In this document: positions 8,101 through 15,491 of the stretch, piece after piece
How positions within the stretch are numbered: the stretch's first letter is position 1
Layout of the letters: the number at the start of each line of letters is the position of its first letter
NCBI RefSeq assembly: GCF_000146505.1
Contig: NC_017448.1
Location: 1,140,001-1,172,000, forward strand
Source of the DNA: Fibrobacter succinogenes subsp. succinogenes S85
GTDB lineage: Bacteria > Fibrobacterota > Fibrobacteria > Fibrobacterales > Fibrobacteraceae
Length of the DNA: 32,000 bases
Direction: 5' to 3'
Made by a program: the position numbers and the translations under genes
The notes under the pieces: generated by a model
The model's input: the letters and a program-made list of their open reading frames with translations, nothing else
Databases searched by the model: none
What the model was told of the DNA's origin: nothing

Positions 8101-10483
8101 TGCTCATGTCAAGAACTTCAGAAATGTTCTTGCCCTTGAAATAAACTTCACGAGTCGCTTCGTTAAAGCGCTTGCCATCGCACACATCGCAAGTGACTTG
8201 CACGCTCGGCAAAATGTGCATGTCGATGACCTTCACGCCAGCGCCTTCGCAAGCGTCACAGCGACCACCCTTCACGTTAAAGCTAAAGCGGCTCTTCGTG
8301 TACCCGCGCACCTTGCTTTCTTCCATACCGGCAAACAAATCGCGGATATCGTCCCAAATTTTCGTGTAAGTGGCAGGGTTACTGCGCGGGGTGCGCCCAA
8401 TCGGAGTCTGGTCAATTTCAATGACCTTGTCGATGTTTTCGAGACCTTCCAAATGGTCGAACTTGCCGACCGGTTCTTCGGAATTGTAGAATACGCGAGC
8501 CAGTTCGCGGCGCAAAATCTGGTTGATGAGCGTGCTCTTGCCCGAACCCGAAACACCCGTAACTACGGTAAACGCACCGCCAAGCGGAATTTCGACATCG
8601 ACATTCTTGAGGTTGTTTTCGCAAGCACCACAAATCTTAAGCTTCGGCGTCTTTGCATCAATCTTCAATCGCTGCGACGGAATTTCAATCGACTTGCGAC
8701 CGCTCAAATACGCGCCCGTAAGTGACGACTTATTCTTTTCGAGTTCATCGACCGTGCCAGCCGCCAAAATGCGACCGCCCTCGACACCCGCACCAGGGCC
8801 AACATCAATCACGCAGTCTGCATGACGCATCGTATCCTCATCGTGTTCCACGATGAGAAGGCTGTTGCCTTGGGCTCGCAAGCGCTCGAGCATCTCGAGC
8901 AACTTATCGTTGTCACGTGGGTGCAGCCCAATACTCGGTTCATCAAGCACATAAAGCACGCCCTGGAGCCCCGCACCCACGGCGCTTGCAAGCCTGATAC
9001 GCTGCGCCTCACCGCCCGAAAGTGTCGAAGCCTTGCGGCTAATGTCCAAATAGCCAAGGCCCACCGCCTTCAAGAATCCAAGGCGCCCGCGAATTTCCTT
9101 GAGCACTTCGCGACCGATGCGCTGCTCCTTCGAGCTCAACTTGAGCTTGTCAAAAAACTCAACGGACTTTTCAACAGACCATTCCGTCATCTCGCAAATG
9201 TTATGACCATGGAAATCAACTGCCGCCGCAATGCGGTTGATTCTTGTGCCGTGGCATTCCGGACAAACGCCAATCTGCATATACTTTCGGAAGTGGTAAA
9301 TATGCCACATGTCCCAAAGTTCCTGCATAATCGTCACCACACCGCGTTCACTCCCGCTCGGAGTCCCGTAAAGCACGGCATCCTGCTGCGCCTTTTTGAG
9401 CTTATTCCACGGCGTATCAAGCGAAAAGTGCATTTCGTTTGCAATCGTACGCAAATTGCGCCAACCAAAATCGCTAAAGATAATGCAGCCGTCATCCTTC
9501 TTTTGCGGAGCAAGGCACCCCTCTTTCAAAGACAAATTCGGATTCGGAACAATCAAGTTAATGTCAAATTCGCAACTTTCGCCAAGACCCTTGCAGGCGG
9601 GGCATTGCCCCTTCGGGTCATTAAAGCTAAAGAATCGCGGTTCAAGTTCCGGAATAGAAATTCCGCACTTCGGGCAAGCGAGCTGCGTACCCTGCAAGCG
9701 GTATTCTTCCTTCGCGGCAGCCCCCTGCGACGCATCCGCCGCAGCATCCGAGCCCGCCTCCTGCGATGTCAGCAAGAACGATACAAGCTTTCCGTCCGTG
9801 AGCTTGAGCGCACCTTCAATGGCCTCGCGCAAACGGCTCATGTTCTTGCGTTCAAGCGTCAAGCGGTCAATCACCACTTCAATCGTGTGCTTCTCGTAAC
9901 GCACCAACAGCGGCACTTCTTCAAGCCTGTAAATCGTCCCGTCCACGCGTACGCGGACAAAGCCATTTTCCTTAAGCTCCGCAAGTTCCTTGCGGTATTC
10001 GCCCTTGCGCTCCTGCACAATCGGCGCCATCACCAAAATCTTTTTATTCTCGTCGCTAGCGTACAAGTTATCGACAATCTGGTCGACGGACTGCGCCTGA
10101 ATCACCTTGCCACACTTAGGGCAATGCGGAACGCCAAGGCGAGCAAACATCAAACGGTAATGGTCCAAAATCTCGACCACCGTACCCACCGTACTACGCG
10201 GGTTACGATTCACCGTCTTCTGGTCAATCGAAATCGTCGGAGAAATCCCGCGAACGCTCTCCACGTCCGGATGCTTCATGCGGCCAATGAACTGGCGCGC
10301 ATACGCTGAAAGCGACTCCACAAAGCGGCGCTGCCCTTCCTGGAACACCGTATCAAAAGCAAGGCTCGACTTGCCCGAGCCCGAAACGCCAGTCACCACG
10401 ACTATCGAGTCGCGGGGAATCGTCAAATCGACATGGCGGAGGTTGTGTTCATGAGCATCGCGGATTTCAATAGATTTCGTCAT
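5168..10483 (-). CDS. uvrA: Tandem-fused double UvrA (excinuclease ABC subunit A-like), 1771 aa, four ABC ATPase modules
   Basis: Walker A GVSGSGKS at aa 32, 643, 993 and 1498. LSGGE[AS]QR signatures at aa 488, 832, 1338 and 1677. UvrA-type CxxC zinc modules are present in both halves. N-terminus [52 protein letters not shown] is the canonical UvrA start, repeated at aa 974-1026. Confidence 0.9.
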   Translation of the reverse strand: MTKSIEIRDAHEHNLRHVDLTIPRDSIVVVTGVSGSGKSSLAFDTVFQEGQRRFVESLSAYARQFIGRMKHPDVESVRGISPTISIDQKTVNRNPRSTVGTVVEILDHYRLMFARLGVPHCPKCGKVIQAQSVDQIVDNLYASDENKKILVMAPIVQERKGEYRKELAELKENGFVRVRVDGTIYRLEEVPLLVRYEKHTIEVVIDRLTLERKNMSRLREAIEGALKLTDGKLVSFLLTSQEAGSDAAADASQGAAAKEEYRLQGTQLACPKCGISIPELEPRFFSFNDPKGQCPACKGLGESCEFDINLIVPNPNLSLKEGCLAPQKKDDGCIIFSDFGWRNLRTIANEMHFSLDTPWNKLKKAQQDAVLYGTPSGSERGVVTIMQELWDMWHIYHFRKYMQIGVCPECHGTRINRIAAAVDFHGHNICEMTEWSVEKSVEFFDKLKLSSKEQRIGREVLKEIRGRLGFLKAVGLGYLDISRKASTLSGGEAQRIRLASAVGAGLQGVLYVLDEPSIGLHPRDNDKLLEMLERLRAQGNSLLIVEHDEDTMRHADCVIDVGPGAGVEGGRILAAGTVDELEKNKSSLTGAYLSGRKSIEIPSQRLKIDAKTPKLKICGACENNLKNVDVEIPLGGAFTVVTGVSGSGKSTLINQILRRELARVFYNSEEPVGKFDHLEGLENIDKVIEIDQTPIGRTPRSNPATYTKIWDDIRDLFAGMEESKVRGYTKSRFSFNVKGGRCDACEGAGVKVIDMHILPSVQVTCDVCDGKRFNEATREVYFKGKNISEVLDMSISEAAEFFKDIPKIAEPLKLLCEVGLGYLTLGQPSTTLSGGEAQRVKIASELRRPGTGKTLYLLDEPTTGLHFEDIRRLLECLNRLRSLGNSVVVIEHNLDVIKCADWIIDLGPDAGVNGGRIIATGTPEQIAKCKKSETGRYLAPVLAKKHGENKHFERTDEKGEDYSLDIEVHGARKHNLKNIDVTIPRHKLTVITGVSGSGKSSLAFHTLFSEGQRRFVETLSTYARRFLGRPDRGSIDSISGLAPAIAIDQKSASKSPRSTVATLTEIYDYFRILWARVGTAHCLHCGKPISSYATGDLMQHAFDRDLNKMVTILAPFEIKDEIKLSKILTEKGYRKAYLGKKLVELPLPKMPTREKQLLAVVDSVVVKEENRARLVEAFERGYRDGNGILYVDCDGEERLSASEKPGCPECGWYMDSALNPKHFSFNTHWGACETCLGLGHFKDGEECPDCHGERLKPEYLAVRILGKNIMDVHHMSIAEARDWFAKVDFANEENATSATIQSKTTIASPLLREIIGRLDFLISVGLGYIGLDRAGDTLSGGESQRIRLASQIGSGLEGVLYVLDEPTVGLHESDTAKLLDTLYRLRDLGNTLVVVEHDLKMMQAADHIIDMGPGAGDFGGEVVAEGSPAELAKPYALQQFPRSETVKFLTYSTPVANQLEPVRITDDTEFYEFKNLKANNLKNLSVKFPKKAVSVVCGVSGSGKSSLVVDEIFPALKKQFQARGRKKQSGEVLLVDQSPISGTPRSTPASFTGVFDDIRKLFAKLEQSKMKGFDYGRFSYNLARGRCPACEGRGAVAVEMHFLSDIWETCEVCGGKRYNQETLTVTFKGKNIADVLDMRVVEACEFFKDQPKILPKLECLRDVGLPYVKLGQPVTTLSGGESQRLKLAAELCRRPATEMVYLLDEPTTGLHLKDIQILWNLLRRLSARGDTVIVIEHHPDIIRLADWKVELGPVGGAKGGYLLEMGANSSK

Positions 10484-10490
10484 GAACGCA

Positions 10491-10519
10491 AATATAGAAA
10501 AAGAGGCTCCAAATGTCTA
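10491..10519 (-). promoter_or_regulatory. Possible promoter of the uvrA fusion (TAGACA-N17-TATATT), with the -10 ending 7 nt before the ATG (leaderless candidate)
   Basis: The reverse complement reads TAGACA tttggagcctctttttc TATATT tgcgttc ATG. No Shine-Dalgarno-like purine run lies upstream of the ATG. Confidence 0.3.
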
Positions 10520-10554
10520 AAAATTAGTGAACATTTGAATAGAATGTAGATAGA

Positions 10555-10580
10555 AACAGCCACGATTTCTCGTGGCTGTT
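10555..10580 (-). terminator. Rho-independent terminator downstream of the lipoprotein gene
   Basis: 10-bp perfect stem AACAGCCACG / CGTGGCTGTT with loop ATTTCT. On the minus strand it is followed by TTCTATCT. It lies 33 nt past the stop at 10613. Confidence 0.6.
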
Positions 10581-10612
10581 CTTCCTCCTCACAATATAAC
10601 TCTCAGACTTCT

Positions 10613-12373
10613 TTAGTTACCACACTGGTCATAGGATCCGAACTTATCCACGACAAATTCGCCATCCACAGGGAACTGAAGTCGCACGGACGTAATTTTT
10701 CCGATGACATCTTCAATCTTTTCACTAGATTCCTCGTCAATATTCTTGAAAGCCTTCCAAGAAACCTTGCCCCACGTCATGTCGTCGGAATATTCAACTT
10801 CGGTATACCAGTATTTATTTGCAGCGGCATCGGTGACAAGAGCGATTCTAATGAAGTTGTAAGTACTGTAATGGATGCAAAAGCCATCCCATGCGCTGAT
10901 ATCAGCCGGTTCATTATTTGAACTTACAGTATTAAAGCCAATCGTCGCAACACTATCCAAATTATAGAGAAAATCATCCGATTTCACGTATGCCGTAAAC
11001 TTATGATGTTTATTCAACAAAGATGCAATGACATTTCCGTTATCATCAGCTTCAACATCGTCGGGGAACCCGAAACTATACGTATCCATTTCATCCGGAG
11101 AGTTGGTCCAAACGCCACCAGCCGTTGCACCGGAAATTCCGAGATCCACATGGTCGCCGTCAACAGATGCATCCCACAAGAAGCTCTTTCCAGACTTGTA
11201 GCTAGAAGACTGCGTCGGCTTCACTTCTTCAAATTCACCGGATTCCTTAACAGAAAGGTTTTCCGGCACCAAGGCGCTAATACGTCTGATTCCGAAACGT
11301 GTTCCAGCCTTGTTTTCCTTTGCAAATTTCAAGCGTACCTTCGCCAAATGCTTCAGGATATCGTCAGAACCATTCAAGACATCGGCGAACACGGCACAGT
11401 TCTTTTCCATATCGTCGTTCTTTGCCAAAGTCATTGTCTTGACACTCTTTTCAAGAGTTCCCGTCGAGGAATCCCCAGGAACAAGTTCCATCACAATATC
11501 CATTTGCGATTCATATTCCAAGCACAGGCCCTTCCACAAGCCAGACACATCGGCCGTATAAATGAAATCCTTGTCATTTTTAGTGGTTTTCCCGGCTACA
11601 AGGAATTCAAGACCAACATCCGGACTTGAACTGGAACCCTCAAAGACTACATTTCCATAAAGGCCTTCACTATAATAGATTCTTTCAGCCATATCCGAAA
11701 AATCACCTTCGCCATCCCAGTCAAAGTAAGCTTCGGAAGAATTTTCAAAGAAAGTCAGCTCGCCAGAAGTACCCTTATCGCCTTTTTCAAAGCCGGTCTC
11801 TACGCGGGACTTGCCATCCTTACCAATCCACATATCCGAGCGAACATAAGGAGTCAGGCGCTGGATGCTAAATTCACCCGTCGAACCCGATTCACCCACA
11901 AAGACCAGCTGCACAGAACGCACCTTCTTGACAACGTCAGAACCATCCGTATCATCCGACTTCTTCATCTTGAAATCTTCCCAAGATGCGCAATGACTTT
12001 CGGATCCAGAATCCTTCATATTCAGGCTGACAAAAGGCACATCCTTATCAACAGAAGAGCTTGCGTAGTCTTCCGTATCCAAGCGAACTTCCACAACAAA
12101 GTCAGACTTGTACGAAACGCACAAACCATCGCCACCCTGAGAAAGATCGGCAGGAGAACCATCCGGGCTGGAAACGTCATAGGCGATACCGGCACGTGCA
12201 AGGTCATCCCCGGACTTTTTCAACGAAACACGGCCGAGCAAAGCGCTCTTGGTATTTTCCAGCTTAATATCGGATCCCTTCATGACATTCCAATCCTTAA
12301 GATTGGCTGTTTCATTCCAGAATGCATTTTTTTTCTTCGGTGGTTCCATAGCTTTTGGAAGCCACGGGATCAT
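10613..12373 (-). CDS. Surface/lipoprotein body with three internal beta-sandwich-like repeats (reading frame lacks its signal peptide; see 12312..12446)
   Basis: 586-codon ORF. Triplicated motif sets GDGLCVSYKSD / WKGLCLEYESQ / WDGFCIHYSTY and VRSVQLVF / KVRLKF / SVRLQF. No signal peptide at the annotated start MIPWLPKAMEPPKKK. Confidence 0.8.
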   Translation of the reverse strand: MIPWLPKAMEPPKKKNAFWNETANLKDWNVMKGSDIKLENTKSALLGRVSLKKSGDDLARAGIAYDVSSPDGSPADLSQGGDGLCVSYKSDFVVEVRLDTEDYASSSVDKDVPFVSLNMKDSGSESHCASWEDFKMKKSDDTDGSDVVKKVRSVQLVFVGESGSTGEFSIQRLTPYVRSDMWIGKDGKSRVETGFEKGDKGTSGELTFFENSSEAYFDWDGEGDFSDMAERIYYSEGLYGNVVFEGSSSSPDVGLEFLVAGKTTKNDKDFIYTADVSGLWKGLCLEYESQMDIVMELVPGDSSTGTLEKSVKTMTLAKNDDMEKNCAVFADVLNGSDDILKHLAKVRLKFAKENKAGTRFGIRRISALVPENLSVKESGEFEEVKPTQSSSYKSGKSFLWDASVDGDHVDLGISGATAGGVWTNSPDEMDTYSFGFPDDVEADDNGNVIASLLNKHHKFTAYVKSDDFLYNLDSVATIGFNTVSSNNEPADISAWDGFCIHYSTYNFIRIALVTDAAANKYWYTEVEYSDDMTWGKVSWKAFKNIDEESSEKIEDVIGKITSVRLQFPVDGEFVVDKFGSYDQCGN

Positions 12374-12446
12374 CTGAACATGCCGTCAATGCAAGGGCTC
12401 CTAACAACCCCAAACAAAAAACGTTCGTTCTATTAAATTTTGTCAT
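12312..12446 (-). pseudogene. Detached 5' fragment: 44-codon frame encoding a lipoprotein signal peptide, out of frame with the 586-codon ORF
   Basis: MTKFNRTNVFCLGLLGALALTACSDDPVASKSYGTTEEKKCILE*. Lipobox LTAC. The ATG at 12446 lies 1 nt after the stop (12448..12450) of the upstream HTH gene. The frame overlaps the long ORF across the A8 run. Confidence 0.6.
12327..12334. repeat. Homopolymer T8 (A8 on the coding strand) at the frame junction of the lipoprotein gene
   Basis: Counted directly: aatgcaTTTTTTTTcttcgg. Confidence 0.9.
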
Positions 12447-12447
12447 A

Positions 12448-13281
12448 TCAGCCCTCATCTTTTTTATGTGTATTTTTTGACAAAGGAAACATCTGCAAGT
12501 TCAAGCGATAAACTTGACATGGTTCCTTACTCGTGTTGGCAATCGCCACAATCTTTCTGCGACAGGAATCCAATTCCCGCACAATCTGTTCATAAGTTTC
12601 GCGATCAATACCCATGGTCACACCGGAAACGTCGCGATCATGGACATCAAACTGATCTATAGCCTTCTGTGCAAAGCCCGCCATTTCACGGTGCATGGAG
12701 CGAACAACCAAAGGCATCACTTCGGAATTACCGACCAAGGCCTTATCCGTCTGCTCATAGACATTTTCGGACTTGCGTTGCAAAATCCCGACTCTCACCA
12801 TAAAATCCAGGGAATTACGGACTTCATCGGCAGTAATCGGGTTCCAGCACATTTGAGCAACATCTTCGGGAGTAGCCCCAGGCATCATCGCCACCAGTTC
12901 ACGCAGAACCGGATTTTTCCAGGATTCAAAATACGTGAACGCATCCCCATCGACCACTCGAATTTTGTTAGCGTCCGCAATATTTCTCATGTTTGCAAAG
13001 GCGGTCTTTTTCGTTTCGTCATCCTTCGCTTGGTTATACCGCACCAAATTGCGAAAATAAGCATTTTCAAAGCCGCCCAAATTCATAGCCGCAGCGACTC
13101 TTTCAATCCCCAACTCGCTAAGGCTGCTTTTCCCTTCACACACCAACTTCAAGTAAGTTGGCGACGTAAAGCCTGCCAGACGCGCGAATTCACGCCACGT
13201 AAACGAGCTAGTCCTCTTACGCTCATCATAAAAATCCTGCATGCAGCAGCGATAATCACGATATTCTGTTACTGGTTTCAT
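12448..13281 (-). CDS. HTH-type putative regulator, TIGR02147 / DUF4423-like paralogous family
   Basis: 277 aa. The N-terminus YRCCMQDFYDERKRTSSFTWREFARLAGFTSPTYLKLVCEGKSSLS looks like the HTH-containing N-terminus of this family as I remember it. Tightly coupled to the downstream lipoprotein signal-peptide ORF. Confidence 0.7.
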   Translation of the reverse strand: MKPVTEYRDYRCCMQDFYDERKRTSSFTWREFARLAGFTSPTYLKLVCEGKSSLSELGIERVAAAMNLGGFENAYFRNLVRYNQAKDDETKKTAFANMRNIADANKIRVVDGDAFTYFESWKNPVLRELVAMMPGATPEDVAQMCWNPITADEVRNSLDFMVRVGILQRKSENVYEQTDKALVGNSEVMPLVVRSMHREMAGFAQKAIDQFDVHDRDVSGVTMGIDRETYEQIVRELDSCRRKIVAIANTSKEPCQVYRLNLQMFPLSKNTHKKDEG

Positions 13282-13329
13282 AAAACCGCCTAATAAGAAA
13301 CTTTTCTCTCCATGACTTTAATATAACAT

Positions 13330-13367
13330 ATTTTGTATCATTAGACAAGTTTTCAATGATACAAAAT
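13330..13367. promoter_or_regulatory. 13-bp perfect inverted repeat ATTTTGTATCATT-N12-AATGATACAAAAT upstream of the HTH gene (candidate operator)
   Basis: Arms at 13330..13342 and 13355..13367 are exact reverse complements. The element lies 49-86 nt upstream of the ATG at 13281. Confidence 0.5.
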
Positions 13368-13397
13368 TAAAAAAAATCATTTTTTTACAAAAAGGAC

Positions 13398-13426
13398 TTG
13401 ACTGAATCAAAACATATTTTTAAATA
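13398..13426 (+). promoter_or_regulatory. sigma70-like promoter of tRNA-Asp (TTGACT-N17-TAAATA)
   Basis: TTGACT at 13398..13403, 17-nt spacer, TAAATA at 13421..13426. The tRNA starts 35 nt downstream. Confidence 0.5.
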
Positions 13427-13460
13427 TGGTTACCCGATTGAGAAATCAGTCGAACCACTT

Positions 13461-13536
13461 GGGGTGGTAGCTCAATTTTGGTTAGAGCACCGGCCTGTCA
13501 CGCCGGAGGTTGCGAGTTCAAGCCTCGTCTATCCCG
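13461..13536 (+). tRNA. tRNA-Asp (anticodon GUC)
   Basis: Cloverleaf by hand. Acceptor GGGGTGG/CTATCCC (two G-U pairs). D arm GCTC-AATTTTGGTTA-GAGC. Anticodon arm CCGGC-CTGTCAC-GCCGG. Variable loop AGGTT. T arm GCGAG-TTCAAGC-CTCGT. Discriminator G. CCA is not encoded. Confidence 0.93.
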
Positions 13537-13539
13537 CGA

Positions 13540-13576
13540 AAAAGCACTTCTCTCAGAGAAGTGCTTTTCGTTTTTT
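13540..13576 (+). terminator. Rho-independent terminator after tRNA-Asp
   Basis: About 13-bp stem AAAAGCACTTCTC / GAGAAGTGCTTTT followed by CGTTTTTT. Confidence 0.85.
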
Positions 13577-13677
13577 GCGCTCCAAAAGCCATTTTAAACC
13601 ATAGTCGCAATTGGAGGAACGCTTTTTTACTCCTTCTTCAAAAAATGTTTATATTAAAAATCAAGAAGGAGTTTTTT

Positions 13678-15402
13678 ATGAAGAACATTCATAAATACAT
13701 ACTTATCGTTTTAATCTGCGGGCTTATTTTCTTTATTCTCGGCTACCCCTGCCGAGAGCTTTTCCGAATTTCCAGCACAACCGAAGTCCGCATCGTGGCA
13801 GCACTACCCCTATTGTTTGGCATATCGTTTGGATTTGCTGGCGTCCTCGGCTGCGCCATCGCAAACCTCATTGCAGATATCATCTCCGGTTATGACGCAA
13901 TTATCTTCATCCCGGGATTTTTCGTCCAGATTATTTACGGTTACGTCCCCGCCGTGATTTGGAACAGGCTCCGCAAAAACGACAAGAACAAGTTCAAGCT
14001 AGACAAGGTTTACAAGAACGTGCAATACATGCTCATCGTCATTTTCGATTCACTCGCCACCGCATTCATGGTCGTGAGCGTCATCAAGCTCAAGTACGAT
14101 GAGCAGTACTTTTCAATGCTCTCGGCAAACATTTTCTTCAACCAGTTCATTACGATGGTGATTATCGGTATCCCGTACCTAATCTGCGCCTCGCTCTTTC
14201 GCCAACGCAAAATACGCAAGAAGCAGAAAAAATCGACAAAGTTCATCTTTTCCTTTTCACTTAACGAAAAATTCATCTTGTTCTTCCTGGTCACGAGTAT
14301 CGTTATTTCCGTAGCAATCGGTATTACAAGCTACCCAAGTATCGCACTTAAATACGGCGAGGACAACCTCAACCTTTGGAGTTACGTTTACTTTTACATC
14401 GGAGCCATACTGAATATCGGCATTTGGGTTTCACTCGGATTCCTCTACTACATGGAACGCACCGTTACAAAGCCTATCGAAAGCATGAGCGAAATTGCAA
14501 AGACATTCGGCCAGAACACGGACATTTACGAAAGAATCCACAACACGCTGCAGAAATGCCAACAGTACATCTACTTCACCTCCGAAGTCGGGAAACTCGC
14601 CCGTTCATACGAAGAAATAGCAACGGAGCTCGACGAATACGTGAAGCACTTGACCGAAGCCACGGCAAAGCAGCAGAAGGTCCATACGGAGCTTTCCATT
14701 GCAACGACCATCCAGCGAGCATCGCTATCGAAGCCCGTAGAAGTGGATGGTTTCGACAATTACGCCATGATGCGCCCAGCACTTGAAGTGGGTGGTGACT
14801 TTTACGACAACCTCATGATTGACGATGACCATTTAGCTCTCGTAATTGCAGACGTCTCGGGCAAGGGCGTCCCTGCCGCACTCTTTATGATGGTCTCCAA
14901 AATTGTGCTAAGGCACAACCTGCAACAAGGCCTCTCGCCCGCCGAAGCGCTCAACCGCGCAAACGACGAACTCGCCGAACACAACGTTCACGACATGTTT
15001 GTCACATGCCTTTGCGGCGTGCTGAATATCAAGACCGGCCACCTCGTCTACGCCAACGCTGGTCACGAAAAGCCGTTCATAAAGCATGAGAACGGAGATT
15101 TCGAAGTCGCCACTCTCAAAAGCGGATTCGTCCTCGCCGGCATGGAAGGCTACAAGTACAAGGAATTCGAAGCGCAGCTTAAGCCAGGCGACACGATTTT
15201 TACCTACACCGATGGAGTCCCCGAAGCCACAAACGAAAAGGACGAAGAATTCGGCATGGAACGCTTGCAGAAAGTCCTGAACGATTCCAAGGACGACTCA
15301 ATCCGCCTCCTGTGCCGTAAAGTCCGCATGGCGGTCAAGGAATTCGCCGGGAACGCCCCGCAGTTTGACGACATCACGATGCTCGCCTTCAAGATGAAGT
15401 AG
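13678..15402 (+). CDS. Membrane-anchored PP2C-type (SpoIIE/RsbU family) Ser/Thr phosphatase
   Basis: I use the start at ATG 13678 (AAGGAG RBS, MKNIHKYILIV...). The track start at 13510 overlaps the tRNA and its terminator. About 330 aa of N-terminal TM helices precede a C-terminal domain with TTIQRASL, EVGGDFYD, ALVIADVSGKGVPAALFM, NAGHEKPF, YTDGVPEA and FDDITMLAF. Confidence 0.88.
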   Translation: MKNIHKYILIVLICGLIFFILGYPCRELFRISSTTEVRIVAALPLLFGISFGFAGVLGCAIANLIADIISGYDAIIFIPGFFVQIIYGYVPAVIWNRLRKNDKNKFKLDKVYKNVQYMLIVIFDSLATAFMVVSVIKLKYDEQYFSMLSANIFFNQFITMVIIGIPYLICASLFRQRKIRKKQKKSTKFIFSFSLNEKFILFFLVTSIVISVAIGITSYPSIALKYGEDNLNLWSYVYFYIGAILNIGIWVSLGFLYYMERTVTKPIESMSEIAKTFGQNTDIYERIHNTLQKCQQYIYFTSEVGKLARSYEEIATELDEYVKHLTEATAKQQKVHTELSIATTIQRASLSKPVEVDGFDNYAMMRPALEVGGDFYDNLMIDDDHLALVIADVSGKGVPAALFMMVSKIVLRHNLQQGLSPAEALNRANDELAEHNVHDMFVTCLCGVLNIKTGHLVYANAGHEKPFIKHENGDFEVATLKSGFVLAGMEGYKYKEFEAQLKPGDTIFTYTDGVPEATNEKDEEFGMERLQKVLNDSKDDSIRLLCRKVRMAVKEFAGNAPQFDDITMLAFKMK

Positions 15403-15442
15403 ATCACGCTATTCCAATTTGGACTAGCACTTTGTTATTTAT

Positions 15443-15472
15443 TTGACATATTTTAAGTTATTTTCTTATTAC
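15443..15472 (+). promoter_or_regulatory. Possible promoter for the porin-like gene (TTGACA-N17/18-TTATTA/TATTAC)
   Basis: Perfect TTGACA at 15443..15448. The -10 candidate is weak. Confidence 0.3.
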
Positions 15473-15491
15473 ATACAAGGAGAAAATAACT

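Noticed and set aside
6581-10309. Long plus-strand ORFs (714 aa at 6581..8725 and 495 aa at 8822..10309), plus many shorter ones
   Set aside because: All lie antisense to the uvrA fusion. The translations are Arg/Ala/Phe-rich with no motifs. They are shadow ORFs.
12514-13293. 259-aa plus-strand ORF
   Set aside because: It lies antisense to the HTH (TIGR02147-like) gene and has no motifs.
13510-13677. N-terminal extension of the phosphatase ORF (track start at 13510)
   Set aside because: It would overlap the 3' end of tRNA-Asp and its terminator. The internal ATG at 13678 has an AAGGAG RBS and starts a normal membrane N-terminus.
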